A stretch of 64,000 nt of DNA from Candidatus Shapirobacteria bacterium (lineage in GTDB: Bacteria > Patescibacteriota > Microgenomatia > UBA12405). The notes below the pieces were generated by a model that saw nothing but the letters and a program-made list of their open reading frames with translations, had not been told where the DNA came from and did no database searches. Below are positions 29,517 through 39,293 of the stretch, in pieces. Location: assembly GCA_041659325.1 (NCBI GenBank), contig JBAZYN010000001.1, positions 494,819 to 558,818 of the forward strand. The letters run 5' to 3'. A program made the translations under genes and the position numbers. Position 1 is the stretch's first letter. Every line of letters starts with the position of its first letter.

Positions 29517-30299
29517 CTATTGTACTACCAAAAGTAATCTGCCAACCTTTGAATTTAGCAATATCCTTCTCTCTCCCTCATCTGTTTGATTATCCACCAA
29601 TTGATCCCACACCGATCTCTCCAAAGACATCACCGGAAACCCCACCTCAATCTCTTTAAAATCCATCTCCACCGGTTCCGGCACCACCAAACCGGCCACC
29701 CCTAGTACCTCCGCCTTAATAATATACGCCACACTGGGTTCTGTTGAAAAGATAATCTTACCGTTTAGAGCGCTAGTTAACTCCGTTAGTTTATTCCGAA
29801 TCCTTAGGTCGCTCTCACCCCACACCTTACCATCCACCAACCCGACTCCCTCATACTTCAGAGACTCAAATTCCAGCACCATTTTCTCCTTTTCCACCTT
29901 CAAAACTTCCGAATCAACCGGCGAAACAATCTCTCTTCTTTTGCTTACCACAGTCTGGAACTGAATATTTAAAAACTCATCAATCCCGCAAAACTTACCG
30001 CTGCATGGAGAATATAGCTTTTTGGGAAACAGTCCTCCGTCGACAAACAACAAGTCCCCCTCCTTAAATTCCTTATCGCTCAAGCTACTATATAATTCCT
30101 GAAGTTTACCCTTAGACATTCTCGACAACATCCACGAGGCGTCATAAGAATCCACTCCGACCTCTTCACAGGTCAACAAAAGTTGCCCTTTCTTCACCTT
30201 CACACCCTCCGATACCTCTACCTTTGCCCCATTGGGAATCATCACCACCCACTTTGACTTCACCGTCGCTAACTTTGATTTTTTTTTCTTCACCGCCAT
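29517..30299 (-). CDS. hypothetical protein
   Basis: 260-aa ORF in an operon with ctpA; no motif recognised. Confidence 0.55.
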   Translation of the reverse strand: MAVKKKKSKLATVKSKWVVMIPNGAKVEVSEGVKVKKGQLLLTCEEVGVDSYDASWMLSRMSKGKLQELYSSLSDKEFKEGDLLFVDGGLFPKKLYSPCSGKFCGIDEFLNIQFQTVVSKRREIVSPVDSEVLKVEKEKMVLEFESLKYEGVGLVDGKVWGESDLRIRNKLTELTSALNGKIIFSTEPSVAYIIKAEVLGVAGLVVPEPVEMDFKEIEVGFPVMSLERSVWDQLVDNQTDEGERRILLNSKVGRLLLVVQ

Positions 30300-30348
30300 A
30301 ACCTCATCAGAAATTATAGCAGTTCAGAGACCAAAATCCCGTCTGTCT

Positions 30349-30648
30349 TTAATTCTGAGTCGTAAATGGCACCAATCCCAAGTGTCTCGCCTGCTTGATA
30401 ACATCCGACAATTTTCTTTGATGCTTCACGCAAACACCCGAGTACTGGGCTCCGATTATCCTACCTCGGGGGGATAAATATTCTTTCAAACCCTCATAAT
30501 CTTCCCATCTCGGTATGGTCTTGGTCTTACAAAAAGAACAGCCCTTTTCTCTTCCGCGAATCTTTGCGGCTAAAAGCGAATCTTTCTTGGATTTTTTAAT
30601 CATAAACTCACCAAAAATTTTAAAACGGCATCTCCTCTTTCGGAGCAT
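30349..30648 (-). CDS. rpsR: 30S ribosomal protein S18 (start codon uncertain; possible N-terminal extension)
   Basis: KGCSFCKTKTIPRWEDYEGLKEYLSPRGRIIGAQYSGVCVKHQRKLSDVIKQARHLGLVPF matches S18. The long ORF overlaps the ssb 3' end; the true start may be the internal MIKKSKK. Confidence 0.85.
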   Translation of the reverse strand: MLRKRRCRFKIFGEFMIKKSKKDSLLAAKIRGREKGCSFCKTKTIPRWEDYEGLKEYLSPRGRIIGAQYSGVCVKHQRKLSDVIKQARHLGLVPFTTQN

Positions 30649-31144
30649 CAGTTGATTTTGCCGAAGTTTCTGCGTCCATTATTTCATCCGGAATCACAAT
30701 ATCTTCAAGCTTACCGTCCTCAGGCACGAATTCTTCTGCAGGAGCTGGAGCAGAGGCGCCGCCAGCCGGGGCGAAATTCTGAGCCGTATTTTGTCTGTCG
30801 CCGACACCTTTGTTGTCCAAAATTATCATATCATCAATTACAATCTCTGCAATCTGTCTTCTACTATTTTCGGCATCGACCATATCCCGATACTGAATCC
30901 TGCCCTCTACATATATTCTGCGGCCTTTTGCCAATAATTGCGAACACAACTCTGCTAGTTTATTCCAAGCCACAATCCTATGAAATTGAGCATCTTCTTT
31001 TCTTTCGCCCTGTTTGGTTACCCAAACCCGATTGGTGGCCAATCCAAAAGAAACAACTGCCATCCCTGCCGGGGTATACCTTAATTCAGGATCCCTGGTT
31101 AGATTACCAATTAACAAAACACGATTTAGACACCTACTGGGCAT
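30620..31144 (-). CDS. ssb: single-stranded DNA-binding protein
   Basis: OB-fold N-terminus (VLLIGNLTRDPELRYTPAGMAVVSF), Gly/Pro/acidic tail ending EEMPF. Confidence 0.9.
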   Translation of the reverse strand: MPSRCLNRVLLIGNLTRDPELRYTPAGMAVVSFGLATNRVWVTKQGERKEDAQFHRIVAWNKLAELCSQLLAKGRRIYVEGRIQYRDMVDAENSRRQIAEIVIDDMIILDNKGVGDRQNTAQNFAPAGGASAPAPAEEFVPEDGKLEDIVIPDEIMDAETSAKSTDAPKEEMPF

Positions 31145-31154
31145 TTTGACTCCT

Positions 31155-31451
31155 TTACTTTTTTAATATTAAATAACGTATAATTTTCGGCTCTCTGTTC
31201 AAAAATAAATTAAATTCCTTAAATTGAATCGGTTTTTCGCCTTCCACGTCCAAAACCCAAAAATCACCTTTTCCAAAATCCCTTATTTTATAAACCATAT
31301 CAATCATTCCCAAATGATTTTTGGAAACTACTTTGGCCTTGGCATCATCAACCCAACCCTCTATCTTTACCAAAACCTCTTCTTTTTCTTTTTCTTCGAT
31401 TTTTGGATTCAAAACCGAAACAATCTGATATTTATATTTATTGTCTTTCAT
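31155..31451 (-). CDS. rpsF: 30S ribosomal protein S6
   Basis: Size, ferredoxin-like pattern and the conserved rpsF-ssb-rpsR synteny. Confidence 0.8.
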   Translation of the reverse strand: MKDNKYKYQIVSVLNPKIEEKEKEEVLVKIEGWVDDAKAKVVSKNHLGMIDMVYKIRDFGKGDFWVLDVEGEKPIQFKEFNLFLNREPKIIRYLILKK

Positions 31452-31509
31452 GAACGTACTAGGTTATCACACACCCCTTTGTTTTACAATAATAAACTTG
31501 CCCATATTT

Positions 31510-31710
31510 TCATACAATATCTTCTATCGGCTCTGTCTTCAGAGCCTCAGTATCAGCTTCCTTGTCAATAATTGCCAATATCCTGTCAATCTCTTCGTTT
31601 GTCAGATTATCCGAATCCGCCACCGACTCCAAAATAGAATTTGCCTGGGCCAGTGCCTCCAAAGGCAGCTCCATCGACTCGATTATTTGCTTTGCTTCTT
31701 TTATATCCAT
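31510..31710 (-). CDS. hypothetical small acidic protein (66 aa)
   Basis: Only ORF in the rpsF-cysS gap; low complexity; may not be real. Confidence 0.25.
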   Translation of the reverse strand: MDIKEAKQIIESMELPLEALAQANSILESVADSDNLTNEEIDRILAIIDKEADTEALKTEPIEDIV

Positions 31711-31722
31711 ATTCTCATCAAT

Positions 31723-33117
31723 CTATATTTTCCTAATTATATATCCCTCTTTCGTATCTTCAACTATATATCCCAATTCCCTAATCTCATTTCTAATCGT
31801 ATCTGCTTCCGCCCATTTCTTTTCTTCCTTGCACCTCTGTCTATTTTTGGCCATCACCACCACCGCCTCCGGCACCTTTTCTTCAATCGACTCCCTATCC
31901 AATTTCAGGCCCAACACTTTATCAAAGTCCAATATCGTTGCCAGCTTATCGCCGTCCGCCAAATCCGACTTTGCTAATTTCCAAACAACCGCCATCGCCT
32001 CCGGCATTGCCAAATCATTCTCAATTGCTTCCACAAACTGCTGTTTAAAATCTTTGCTTACCTTCCCCCCGGGAGTTCCATTCTGTTTCCATCTTAAAAC
32101 CATCGACAACAACTTCCGGTACGACAATTCCGCCGTCGCCATACCATCCAGGCTAAAAGTCATCCCCTTTCTGTAATGAGAATTAATCGCCAAATACCTG
32201 TACACCATCGGGTCAAAACCTTTCTCTTTTAACGCTCGTATCGTATACACCTCTCCAACTGATTTACTCATTTTACCCTGTCCTATCGTAATAAAGGCAT
32301 TATGTATCCAATAATTGGCTGTTTGATGTCCGAATGCTCCGCATCCCTGAGCAATTTCATTAGTATGATGTATTGGAATATGGTCTTCCCCTCCCGTATG
32401 AATATCAAAAGTTTCCCCCAAATATTTTGTCGACATCGCCGTACATTCAATATGCCACCCCGGGAATCCCACTCCCCACGGGCTTTCCCACTCCATTTGC
32501 CTCCGGGCTTGCCCTGAGTTTACGCAAGGACTAAATTTCCACAAGGCAAAATCACAGGGGCCCCTTTTCTCCCGGTTCTCTTCCACTCTGGCCCCTTCTT
32601 TAATTTTGTCCGGATTCAACCTGGCAAAATCACAATAGCCCGGAAACTTTGCCGTATCAAAATAAATTCCGTCACTGATTTGATAAGTAAAGCCGTTTTT
32701 CTCTAACCTTTCTATTAGCTCAATCTGATCTTTAATATGATCAGTTGCCCGACAAAAAACCAAAGGTTTCACAATATTAAGCATTTCCAGGCTTTCCATA
32801 AATTCGCTCTCATATTTTTTGGCAATCTCCCACACACTCACCCCCTCTCTTTTTGAGCCCTTTTCCATCTTGTCCTCCCCCTCATCGGCATCTGAGGTCA
32901 AGTGTCCCACATCAGTAATATTCATTACCTGATTAACCTCGTATCCGACATATTTTAAAGTCCTAACCAAAATATCCCAGGCGATATAGGCATACATATT
33001 TCCAATATGTGGACTGGAATAAACCGTCGGACCACAGCTATAAATCCCTGCCTTCCCCTCCTCTCTAGGCTTAAACTCCTCCTTAGACCTCGTCAGTGTA
33101 TTGTAAAACTTGATCAT
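31723..33117 (-). CDS. cysS: cysteine--tRNA ligase
   Basis: Class I motifs HIGNMYAY (HIGH) and KMSKSVGEV (KMSKS); Zn-binding Cys early in the protein; CysRS-type anticodon-binding C-terminus. Confidence 0.95.
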   Translation of the reverse strand: MIKFYNTLTRSKEEFKPREEGKAGIYSCGPTVYSSPHIGNMYAYIAWDILVRTLKYVGYEVNQVMNITDVGHLTSDADEGEDKMEKGSKREGVSVWEIAKKYESEFMESLEMLNIVKPLVFCRATDHIKDQIELIERLEKNGFTYQISDGIYFDTAKFPGYCDFARLNPDKIKEGARVEENREKRGPCDFALWKFSPCVNSGQARRQMEWESPWGVGFPGWHIECTAMSTKYLGETFDIHTGGEDHIPIHHTNEIAQGCGAFGHQTANYWIHNAFITIGQGKMSKSVGEVYTIRALKEKGFDPMVYRYLAINSHYRKGMTFSLDGMATAELSYRKLLSMVLRWKQNGTPGGKVSKDFKQQFVEAIENDLAMPEAMAVVWKLAKSDLADGDKLATILDFDKVLGLKLDRESIEEKVPEAVVVMAKNRQRCKEEKKWAEADTIRNEIRELGYIVEDTKEGYIIRKI

Positions 33118-33134
33118 ACCAGATTATATCAATA

Positions 33135-33614
33135 TTAATCCGGTTTTTTGGCTTGCTCCATACTCTGATCAACCATGCTAGGTTTCCTCTTACCCTGTCG
33201 CTGTGGACCTTTTTTCTTTTTATTCCCTTCAGATCCGTATTGCGCCGCCATCTCTTCCTGCTCCCGCTTTTCTGCTTCTCTCTGTCTCTTTAAATTTTCC
33301 AAAAACTGTCGTTCTTTCTCGTCTTCGTCCTGTTTTTTTTGATCTTGTATCTGCTTAATTTCCGCCCCCACATTTCTTCCCTGCCCCATTTCTCCTCTGA
33401 TCCTTTCTGCCTCTTCCTGTCTCTTTTTATCGTCCTCAGCCCGCTTTTGTTGCAATTGCCCCTCAGTCATCGGCGTTATGTCCCCCAAAAGCTCCTTGCC
33501 GGTAATTATTGTATTACCAATTTGCGCCACCTGCTTTACCCCTTGTTCTACTGTCTCCATTCCTATTTGTTTTATCGCCTGCAACACTTGTTTTGGAATA
33601 TTATTATCTGTCAT
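33135..33614 (-). CDS. hypothetical highly charged (K/E/Q-rich) coiled-coil protein
   Basis: 159-aa ORF; low-complexity charged repeats. Confidence 0.5.
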   Translation of the reverse strand: MTDNNIPKQVLQAIKQIGMETVEQGVKQVAQIGNTIITGKELLGDITPMTEGQLQQKRAEDDKKRQEEAERIRGEMGQGRNVGAEIKQIQDQKKQDEDEKERQFLENLKRQREAEKREQEEMAAQYGSEGNKKKKGPQRQGKRKPSMVDQSMEQAKKPD

Positions 33615-33646
33615 TTTATTTGAATTCTATAATTTCTAATTACAGA

Positions 33647-33672
33647 TTACTAATTACTGATTACAGTTTACC
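33647..33672. repeat. tandem heptamer array (TAATTACAG ATTACTA ATTACTG ATTACAG)
   Basis: Immediately 3' of recR. Confidence 0.5.
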
Positions 33673-33677
33673 AACTC

Positions 33678-34277
33678 TTATATCTCCCTTCTTCCCTCCA
33701 TTGCCCGGCTCAGGGTGGCCTGGTCTGCAAACTCCAAGTCAGCCCCCATCGGCAAACCACTCCCGATTCGGGAAATTTTAAGACCTGATTTTCTCTCTTC
33801 AATTTTCCGCTTTATATAAAGTGCCGTTGCCTCACCCTCCATAGTTGAATTGGTGGCGATTATCACCTCCTCCACCCCGTCAATCCTGGCCAATAATTCA
33901 TCAATCTTTAGGTCATCCGGACCAACATGATCCAGCGGATTGATCACTCCTCCCAACACGTGATAAACCCCCCTATACCCTCCCATATTTTCAAGCGCCA
34001 TCATGTCAATCGCCCTCTCCACCACACAAACCAGTTTATGGTCTCTCTTTTCATCCAGACAAACCACGCACTCATCCTCTTCACTCACCGAAAAACACTT
34101 TTTACAGACTTTGATATCTTTCTTTACATTTATCAAAGCCTGAGCTAGTTCCACCACAAAAGAAGCGGGCGTATTCAAAAGGTAAAAAGCCAGACGAGTC
34201 GCACTTTTGGGCCCAATCCCCGGTAGCCTCTCAAAACCGGTAATCAAATCTCTCAGCGCCTTTGGGAATTGAACCAT
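33678..34277 (-). CDS. recR: recombination protein RecR
   Basis: HhH N-terminus, C4 zinc finger CKKCFSVSEEDECVVC, Toprim domain. Confidence 0.9.
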   Translation of the reverse strand: MVQFPKALRDLITGFERLPGIGPKSATRLAFYLLNTPASFVVELAQALINVKKDIKVCKKCFSVSEEDECVVCLDEKRDHKLVCVVERAIDMMALENMGGYRGVYHVLGGVINPLDHVGPDDLKIDELLARIDGVEEVIIATNSTMEGEATALYIKRKIEERKSGLKISRIGSGLPMGADLEFADQATLSRAMEGRREI

Positions 34278-34282
34278 GATTA

Positions 34283-34531
34283 TTAAAACAAACCTTCCAA
34301 ACCGCCCATGTCTTTCATTTTTCTGGCGGCGGCTTCCTGTGATTTTTTCAATCCCTTATTAATAGTATCCACCAGTAGCTTATTTTCTACCCCGTTTATC
34401 GACAAAAATTTCACCTTCTGGTCCCCCGACACCGTAACCCTTACTCCTCCCTCTTCAACCTCTACTACTTCCGCCTCCACCGCTTTTTTTAACTTGAAAG
34501 CCTGAGCCAACATTTTTGCTTTATCAAACAT
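34283..34531 (-). CDS. ybaB: YbaB/EbfC-family nucleoid-associated protein (short form)
   Basis: MFDKAKMLAQAFKLKKAVE ... GGVRVTVSGDQKV pattern; canonical dnaX-ybaB-recR synteny. Confidence 0.8.
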   Translation of the reverse strand: MFDKAKMLAQAFKLKKAVEAEVVEVEEGGVRVTVSGDQKVKFLSINGVENKLLVDTINKGLKKSQEAAARKMKDMGGLEGLF

Positions 34532-34574
34532 ATTTTTTAAATAACTTTTAATCCGCCCTTATTCTATCGAAAAT

Positions 34575-36140
34575 CTACCCAAAAATCTCTTTGGCCACTT
34601 CATATATATCTTTTGTACTGTTATCAGCATTGTTTTTCTCCAAAGATAACTCACTGCTCACCGCCTCAAGGGGCGTGTCGTTTTTTATTACCAGAGGCTC
34701 CTTTTTGCCCTTACTTAGGACACATTCAAACGCCATATCCACCCCGTAAACTTTCGACAAGCCCATTTCTACCACCTTACGGTTTTTTGCTTCTTCAAGT
34801 CTATCCTTATGAAACGGATAAAAAACCTCCAAAATTAATGTCTTTCCCCGCACTAATTTTGGCCGGGCTGCCCTCAAAAACGCCTCTACCGAATGATTAA
34901 ATGGCTTGACCGCTGACAGCATTTTTGACCACTCTTTTTCCACTTTTTCCAGCTCCAAGCTACCACCCGCAACTTTGAGCTCAGCCTCCTCCCTTTCTTC
35001 CGGCTCACTTACCATCTCAGTCCTGATTTCTTCGACTCTCAGTACGGTTTCCGTCACCACCGTCGTCTCGACTTTGCTGTCACCCGCCATCGGGGCCTTT
35101 CCCACCCCCAAGAATTCCGCCACCGCTAGCTGTAATGGCAGCTGATCAATATTTACTTCTTTCTCCTGTTTACTGGCAGCTATCAGCAAATTTATAAGTC
35201 GGGAAACTTCCTTCAACCCCAATCCCGTATCCTCCGACAAGCCCACTTCATTTTCAAAAAAAGCCACCAACCTTTTTTGCAGATACTCCAATAACTTTTC
35301 TCTAAATACCGAAAAGTCGGCCCCTTCCCCAGCCATTTTCTCCAGTCTTTCCATAATCTTTCTCCCGTCTCCCAAAACCAAATCAGCACAAATTTCCTTC
35401 TCCCCATACTCTCCCGAAATAGTCTCCATATATTTCTTTGCCTTATCGTATGTAATTTTATTACCCAACTGAAGATACAATTCGTTAAACTTTCTTTGCA
35501 AATTTCTAAAACTTCCATCGCTTTCCGACACCAACAAATCTATCGTTTTATCGTCAATCTCAATCCCTTCTCCGATTATTATTTTCTTCAAAGAACTCAC
35601 TAGCTCCTTCTTTGCTCCCTTGCCAAAATCAACCCTCATCAACCTCGACAAAACCGTTTCGGGGATTTTTTGAGGATCAGTTGTACACAAAATAAAAATA
35701 GTATTTTTGGGTGGTTCTTCAATCAGCTTTAACATGGCGTTAAACGCCTCTTTAGTCAACATATGAACCTCATCGATTATGAAAACCTTTTGTTTGAGTT
35801 TGCTTGGCAACAGATATGCCCTATCCTTCAATACCCTGATATCATCAATTCCCCGATTTGATGCCGCATCAATTTCAATGATATCCATACTGCTCCCCCG
35901 GCTAATTTCCTCACAGTTTTCACAAATATTACACGGCTCCACTCCTTGCGGTTTTAAACAATTTACCGCCCTGGCCATAATTCTGGCCGCCGACGTCTTT
36001 CCCGATCCTTTTGGGCCGGAAAACAAAAAGGCCTGAGGGGTGTCTTTCGACTTTAAAATTTTGGTCAAGCTTCCACCCACCCGTAATAAATCAAGATCAG
36101 AAATCCTCTGCGGCCGATATTTTAGATGAAAAACAGACAT
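34575..36140 (-). CDS. dnaX: DNA polymerase III subunit gamma/tau
   Basis: AAA+ clamp-loader motifs GPKGSGKTS, Zn module CxxC...C, DEVHMLT (Walker B), sensor motifs. Confidence 0.9.
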   Translation of the reverse strand: MSVFHLKYRPQRISDLDLLRVGGSLTKILKSKDTPQAFLFSGPKGSGKTSAARIMARAVNCLKPQGVEPCNICENCEEISRGSSMDIIEIDAASNRGIDDIRVLKDRAYLLPSKLKQKVFIIDEVHMLTKEAFNAMLKLIEEPPKNTIFILCTTDPQKIPETVLSRLMRVDFGKGAKKELVSSLKKIIIGEGIEIDDKTIDLLVSESDGSFRNLQRKFNELYLQLGNKITYDKAKKYMETISGEYGEKEICADLVLGDGRKIMERLEKMAGEGADFSVFREKLLEYLQKRLVAFFENEVGLSEDTGLGLKEVSRLINLLIAASKQEKEVNIDQLPLQLAVAEFLGVGKAPMAGDSKVETTVVTETVLRVEEIRTEMVSEPEEREEAELKVAGGSLELEKVEKEWSKMLSAVKPFNHSVEAFLRAARPKLVRGKTLILEVFYPFHKDRLEEAKNRKVVEMGLSKVYGVDMAFECVLSKGKKEPLVIKNDTPLEAVSSELSLEKNNADNSTKDIYEVAKEIFG

Positions 36141-36185
36141 CAGACAGATTTAACCAAAACGAGTCTGACTTTACAATGGCTTTAA

Positions 36186-36548
36186 CTATATCACCAAATT
36201 ATTTACCCCGTGTTTCAACCATTCAAGCAACACTTTCTCGAGCCTGCTTTTTTGGAAAACAACCTCATACTTCAACTTTTCAGTACATATAACTATATCA
36301 CCCAACCTTATTCTTCCATCTGCCATGGGCTCTTTCGACATTGGGAAGCCCAAAACTTGCGGGATATAGTTCTTCTTTCTGTATTCCATGTTATATTTTT
36401 TCGCCTTTTCCCTACCCACAAATAATATACTTAGCTCCACCCCTCTCGGATACCCAAAACTTTTCAGCGCCTTTTCTGCCACTCTCAAAACCATTACCTC
36501 ATCCAACCCCCAATTCTTCGGGTGCTTTATCAGAATAACATTATTCAT
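36186..36548 (-). CDS. YbeY-like endoribonuclease homologue with degenerate H3xH5xH metal site (likely inactive or truncated)
   Basis: Aligns with YbeY through LGFP ... LGDIVICTE. The expected HGxLHLxGYDH is KHGVNNLVI followed by a stop. No extension in other frames. Confidence 0.6.
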   Translation of the reverse strand: MNNVILIKHPKNWGLDEVMVLRVAEKALKSFGYPRGVELSILFVGREKAKKYNMEYRKKNYIPQVLGFPMSKEPMADGRIRLGDIVICTEKLKYEVVFQKSRLEKVLLEWLKHGVNNLVI

Positions 36549-36578
36549 ATTTATAAGTCTCCCTTGTCAAAGGGAGAT

Positions 36579-37016
36579 TTAGAGGGATTTGGTCCTTTCT
36601 TTCACCATCTTTGAAATCATCTCTCCGCCTGCTCTCCCTGCTACCTTAATCATCACGTTTTTCATCACCAACCCAAAGTTACCCCCAAATTCAGCCACAA
36701 CTTCATCAACAATCTTTTCCACCTCCGACTCGGACATCTCTTGTGGTAGATATTCGTTTACCACTTCAATCTCATAATCCTGCTGTTTTACCAAATCCTC
36801 CCTTCCGGCTTTCAAAAACATTTCTCTCGACTCTTGTTTATTTTTTAGTTCCTTACGCAAAACAGAAATTTCTTCCTTGTCAGTCATTCCCCCGGGTGGT
36901 AATTGCATTTCTCTCTTATCAATCAAAGATATCAAAAACCGCAACACATCCACCCGGGCGGAATCCCGATTTTTCAAAGCCAAAACACTATCAGATTTTA
37001 GTTTGTCTCTAAGCAT
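36579..37016 (-). CDS. yqeY: GatB/YqeY domain protein
   Basis: ALKNRDSARVDVLRFL ... KQESREMFLKAGREDL ... EYLPQEMSESE pattern of YqeY. The start was chosen at the internal MLRDKL to limit overlap with rpsU. Confidence 0.75.
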   Translation of the reverse strand: MLRDKLKSDSVLALKNRDSARVDVLRFLISLIDKREMQLPPGGMTDKEEISVLRKELKNKQESREMFLKAGREDLVKQQDYEIEVVNEYLPQEMSESEVEKIVDEVVAEFGGNFGLVMKNVMIKVAGRAGGEMISKMVKERTKSL

Positions 37017-37224
37017 GCCTTCTGGAATTTTTAGCTCTTTTCCGGCACTTTTCACGCCAGATTATGATTTTCTTTTTTGCGTACCTTTCTTCCGAGGGTT
37101 TGGTATAAGCCGCCCTTTTTCTTACTTCCTCAGTAATATCCTCCTCAATACACAACCGCCGAAACTTACCAATCACATCATCTTTGGACTCGCCCTTTTT
37201 TTTCTTTACAATTATTGGCATCAA
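37009..37224 (-). CDS. rpsU: 30S ribosomal protein S21
   Basis: MPIIVKKKKGES ... KFRR ... YTKPSEERYAKKK ... RRHA, typical of S21. Confidence 0.85.
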   Translation of the reverse strand: MMPIIVKKKKGESKDDVIGKFRRLCIEEDITEEVRKRAAYTKPSEERYAKKKIIIWREKCRKRAKNSRRHA

Positions 37225-37259
37225 TTCACCTCCTTTATTGACATAAGGTGTATTCTATC

Positions 37260-37913
37260 TTATTTTTTCTTAGACTTCAAACACTCAATCACGTCTATAC
37301 TGTTAGATATTTTCTTCCCGTTAAAAGTGTCCCCAACTCCGCAACCCGTTGAAGTCGGAACCGGCGCTCTCGAAGTTTTGGGCTGGGCCTTCAGGCATTC
37401 AACCACGTCCAGACTGTTTGCTATTTTTTTACCGTTGTAAGTACTCCCCACCACACATCCCGGGGGGGCAGTCACTGTGGGGACAATCACCATATTTGGC
37501 GTCGCTACCGGCTCCGGTGCCGCCATTGTTTTAAAGGAGTATGGGATACCGTTGTTATCAAAAACCTCTTCTCCTACCCTGATTCTAAAATAATAGTTTG
37601 CTCCTTGTTTTAGAGGGGTCAAAGTCATCTTATGACTTACTACCGATTCTGTTTCCACTGCCCTCAAAAGTAAACTTGCCGGAGTCGATCCGTATTCCAC
37701 TACCCCCATAGACGCCTTATCAGAAGTCCAGGAAATCACAGCACTCTTCCCGTCGGCCAATGGTTTTGCCAACACATCTTTTGGTGCCGTATCAGCCGCC
37801 GCCCCGCTCATATATGTCCTCACAGTATTTATCCCCAACACCCCCAACACCCCTACCAATAAAATAATTACCAGAACAACAATCGATTTTACATTCACCG
37901 CCCCTCTCATTTT
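37260..37913 (-). CDS. secreted protein with FN3-like domain and two C-terminal Cys-containing 24-aa repeats
   Basis: Signal/TM MRGAVNVKSIVVLVIILLVG; VISWTSDKASMGVVEYGST ... YYFRIRV; repeats GCxxGxTxNGKKIxNSxDVxECLK x2. Confidence 0.55.
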   Translation of the reverse strand, partial: KMRGAVNVKSIVVLVIILLVGVLGVLGINTVRTYMSGAAADTAPKDVLAKPLADGKSAVISWTSDKASMGVVEYGSTPASLLLRAVETESVVSHKMTLTPLKQGANYYFRIRVGEEVFDNNGIPYSFKTMAAPEPVATPNMVIVPTVTAPPGCVVGSTYNGKKIANSLDVVECLKAQPKTSRAPVPTSTGCGVGDTFNGKKISNSIDVIECLKSKKK

Positions 37914-38637
37914 ATAACCATCCAAGTAATAGTATGGAAAGTATACTGACACTGCCAAAAACTAATAAGCCCATCGTCGGACCAAAACCACCGGTCCGTG
38001 GCAACTCAGCCTCTGTACTCGTTGTGGTAGTCGTTGTCGTAGAAGTCGAAGTTAACGGAGTTGGAGTCGCGGCAGGATTGGAAGTCGGTGTAGGCCCACT
38101 GGCAGCCTCAACAATAGTATAGGACCCGCTCTGGTTTGCCGCACAGCTGACCACATCAGCCCCATCTTGGTTAGCAATATTTGTATCTCTAGTATTCCCC
38201 TGAGTACAGGCCAAATTAACAATTGCCGTCCCCACCGCTTTTGTCCTAAAAGTGAATGTCAGTAAAGGCCCAGAGACAGTGGCCGAATCGTACAGACTTG
38301 TTGAAGTCGGTGCCAAGGTCATCTCAAAAGTACCAGAGTCGTTTTGAATTTTTGCCGTTCCCGCATCAAAGGTAAAGTTAAAAGCCGGCGCCGAAACCCT
38401 TTCCACCGATAGCAACTCCAGTTTAGTCGCATCAAAGCTCCCCATCACATCCATTGCCAAAACCTTTTCCGCATCCGATTCAGCCCCCAGAACAACTACA
38501 ATGTTTGAACCCACCGTATATGTTCCCGTTGCCGGGGTAAATGTAAATCTCGGAGCCGCAAAAGCTTTTACCGGAGTCACCACCAACATCAGAAACGCAA
38601 CCAGGGAAACCAGTAAAAACTTTACTTTTAGATTCAT
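37912..38637 (-). CDS. cohesin-domain surface protein with Thr-rich linker and C-terminal LPRTG sortase signal
   Basis: Signal peptide; cohesin-like beta-sandwich pattern; T-rich stalk; ELPRTGG followed by a hydrophobic tail. Confidence 0.65.
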   Translation of the reverse strand: MNLKVKFLLVSLVAFLMLVVTPVKAFAAPRFTFTPATGTYTVGSNIVVVLGAESDAEKVLAMDVMGSFDATKLELLSVERVSAPAFNFTFDAGTAKIQNDSGTFEMTLAPTSTSLYDSATVSGPLLTFTFRTKAVGTAIVNLACTQGNTRDTNIANQDGADVVSCAANQSGSYTIVEAASGPTPTSNPAATPTPLTSTSTTTTTTTSTEAELPRTGGFGPTMGLLVFGSVSILSILLLGWL

Positions 38638-39231
38638 TTATTTTATTACCTCAATAGTTAATTTGCTGCCTGAATAAGGTAACGCCTTAGCAGTAGCATT
38701 CTCTACAAACATAGTAGCAGACTCGTTTGTACCGTTTCCAGTACTTACTTCAAAACTAAAATCCCCAACTACTTTTGGAGTTGCTTCAAAGCTCACCAGG
38801 TTCAAAACATCACCCTCGGCCAATTTCATCCCCTGAGTATCCGAAATCAAAAAGTTTACTACTATCATTCCCTTTGTAGTACTGACCTTACTAAATGTCG
38901 GACTAGGCAACTTCGGATCAAAAGTTAAGCTATCAATATCAAATGATTTCGGGTCATATTTAACATACAAATTTAACGAATCAAGAGATCTCTCGTTCTT
39001 CGCAAGCATATTAACTTCCACCATCGACGGCTTTCCTGCCTGCATCTGGCTCTCCCCTGCAAAAACCAAGCTAAAATCAGGGTTGGAAACCACTTCTGAC
39101 GGAATCAGGGCAACATCTCCACCCGGAGGAGTCACCACCAGATTCTTCTTTGCCAGACCTGAAAATAAAATAATACTTTCGGCAATCACCAAAACTGCCG
39201 CAATTGGTACTAATATTTTAAAATAATTCAT
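38638..39231 (-). CDS. secreted cohesin-like domain protein
   Basis: N-terminal TM/signal. Beta-rich domain resembling the cohesin regions of the neighbouring genes. Confidence 0.5.
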   Translation of the reverse strand: MNYFKILVPIAAVLVIAESIILFSGLAKKNLVVTPPGGDVALIPSEVVSNPDFSLVFAGESQMQAGKPSMVEVNMLAKNERSLDSLNLYVKYDPKSFDIDSLTFDPKLPSPTFSKVSTTKGMIVVNFLISDTQGMKLAEGDVLNLVSFEATPKVVGDFSFEVSTGNGTNESATMFVENATAKALPYSGSKLTIEVIK

Positions 39232-39293
39232 ATTTTTCCTCCGTTTGTTTTTTTATAATTTCTTCTAATTTAAAGATAACACAGAACTTCCAA

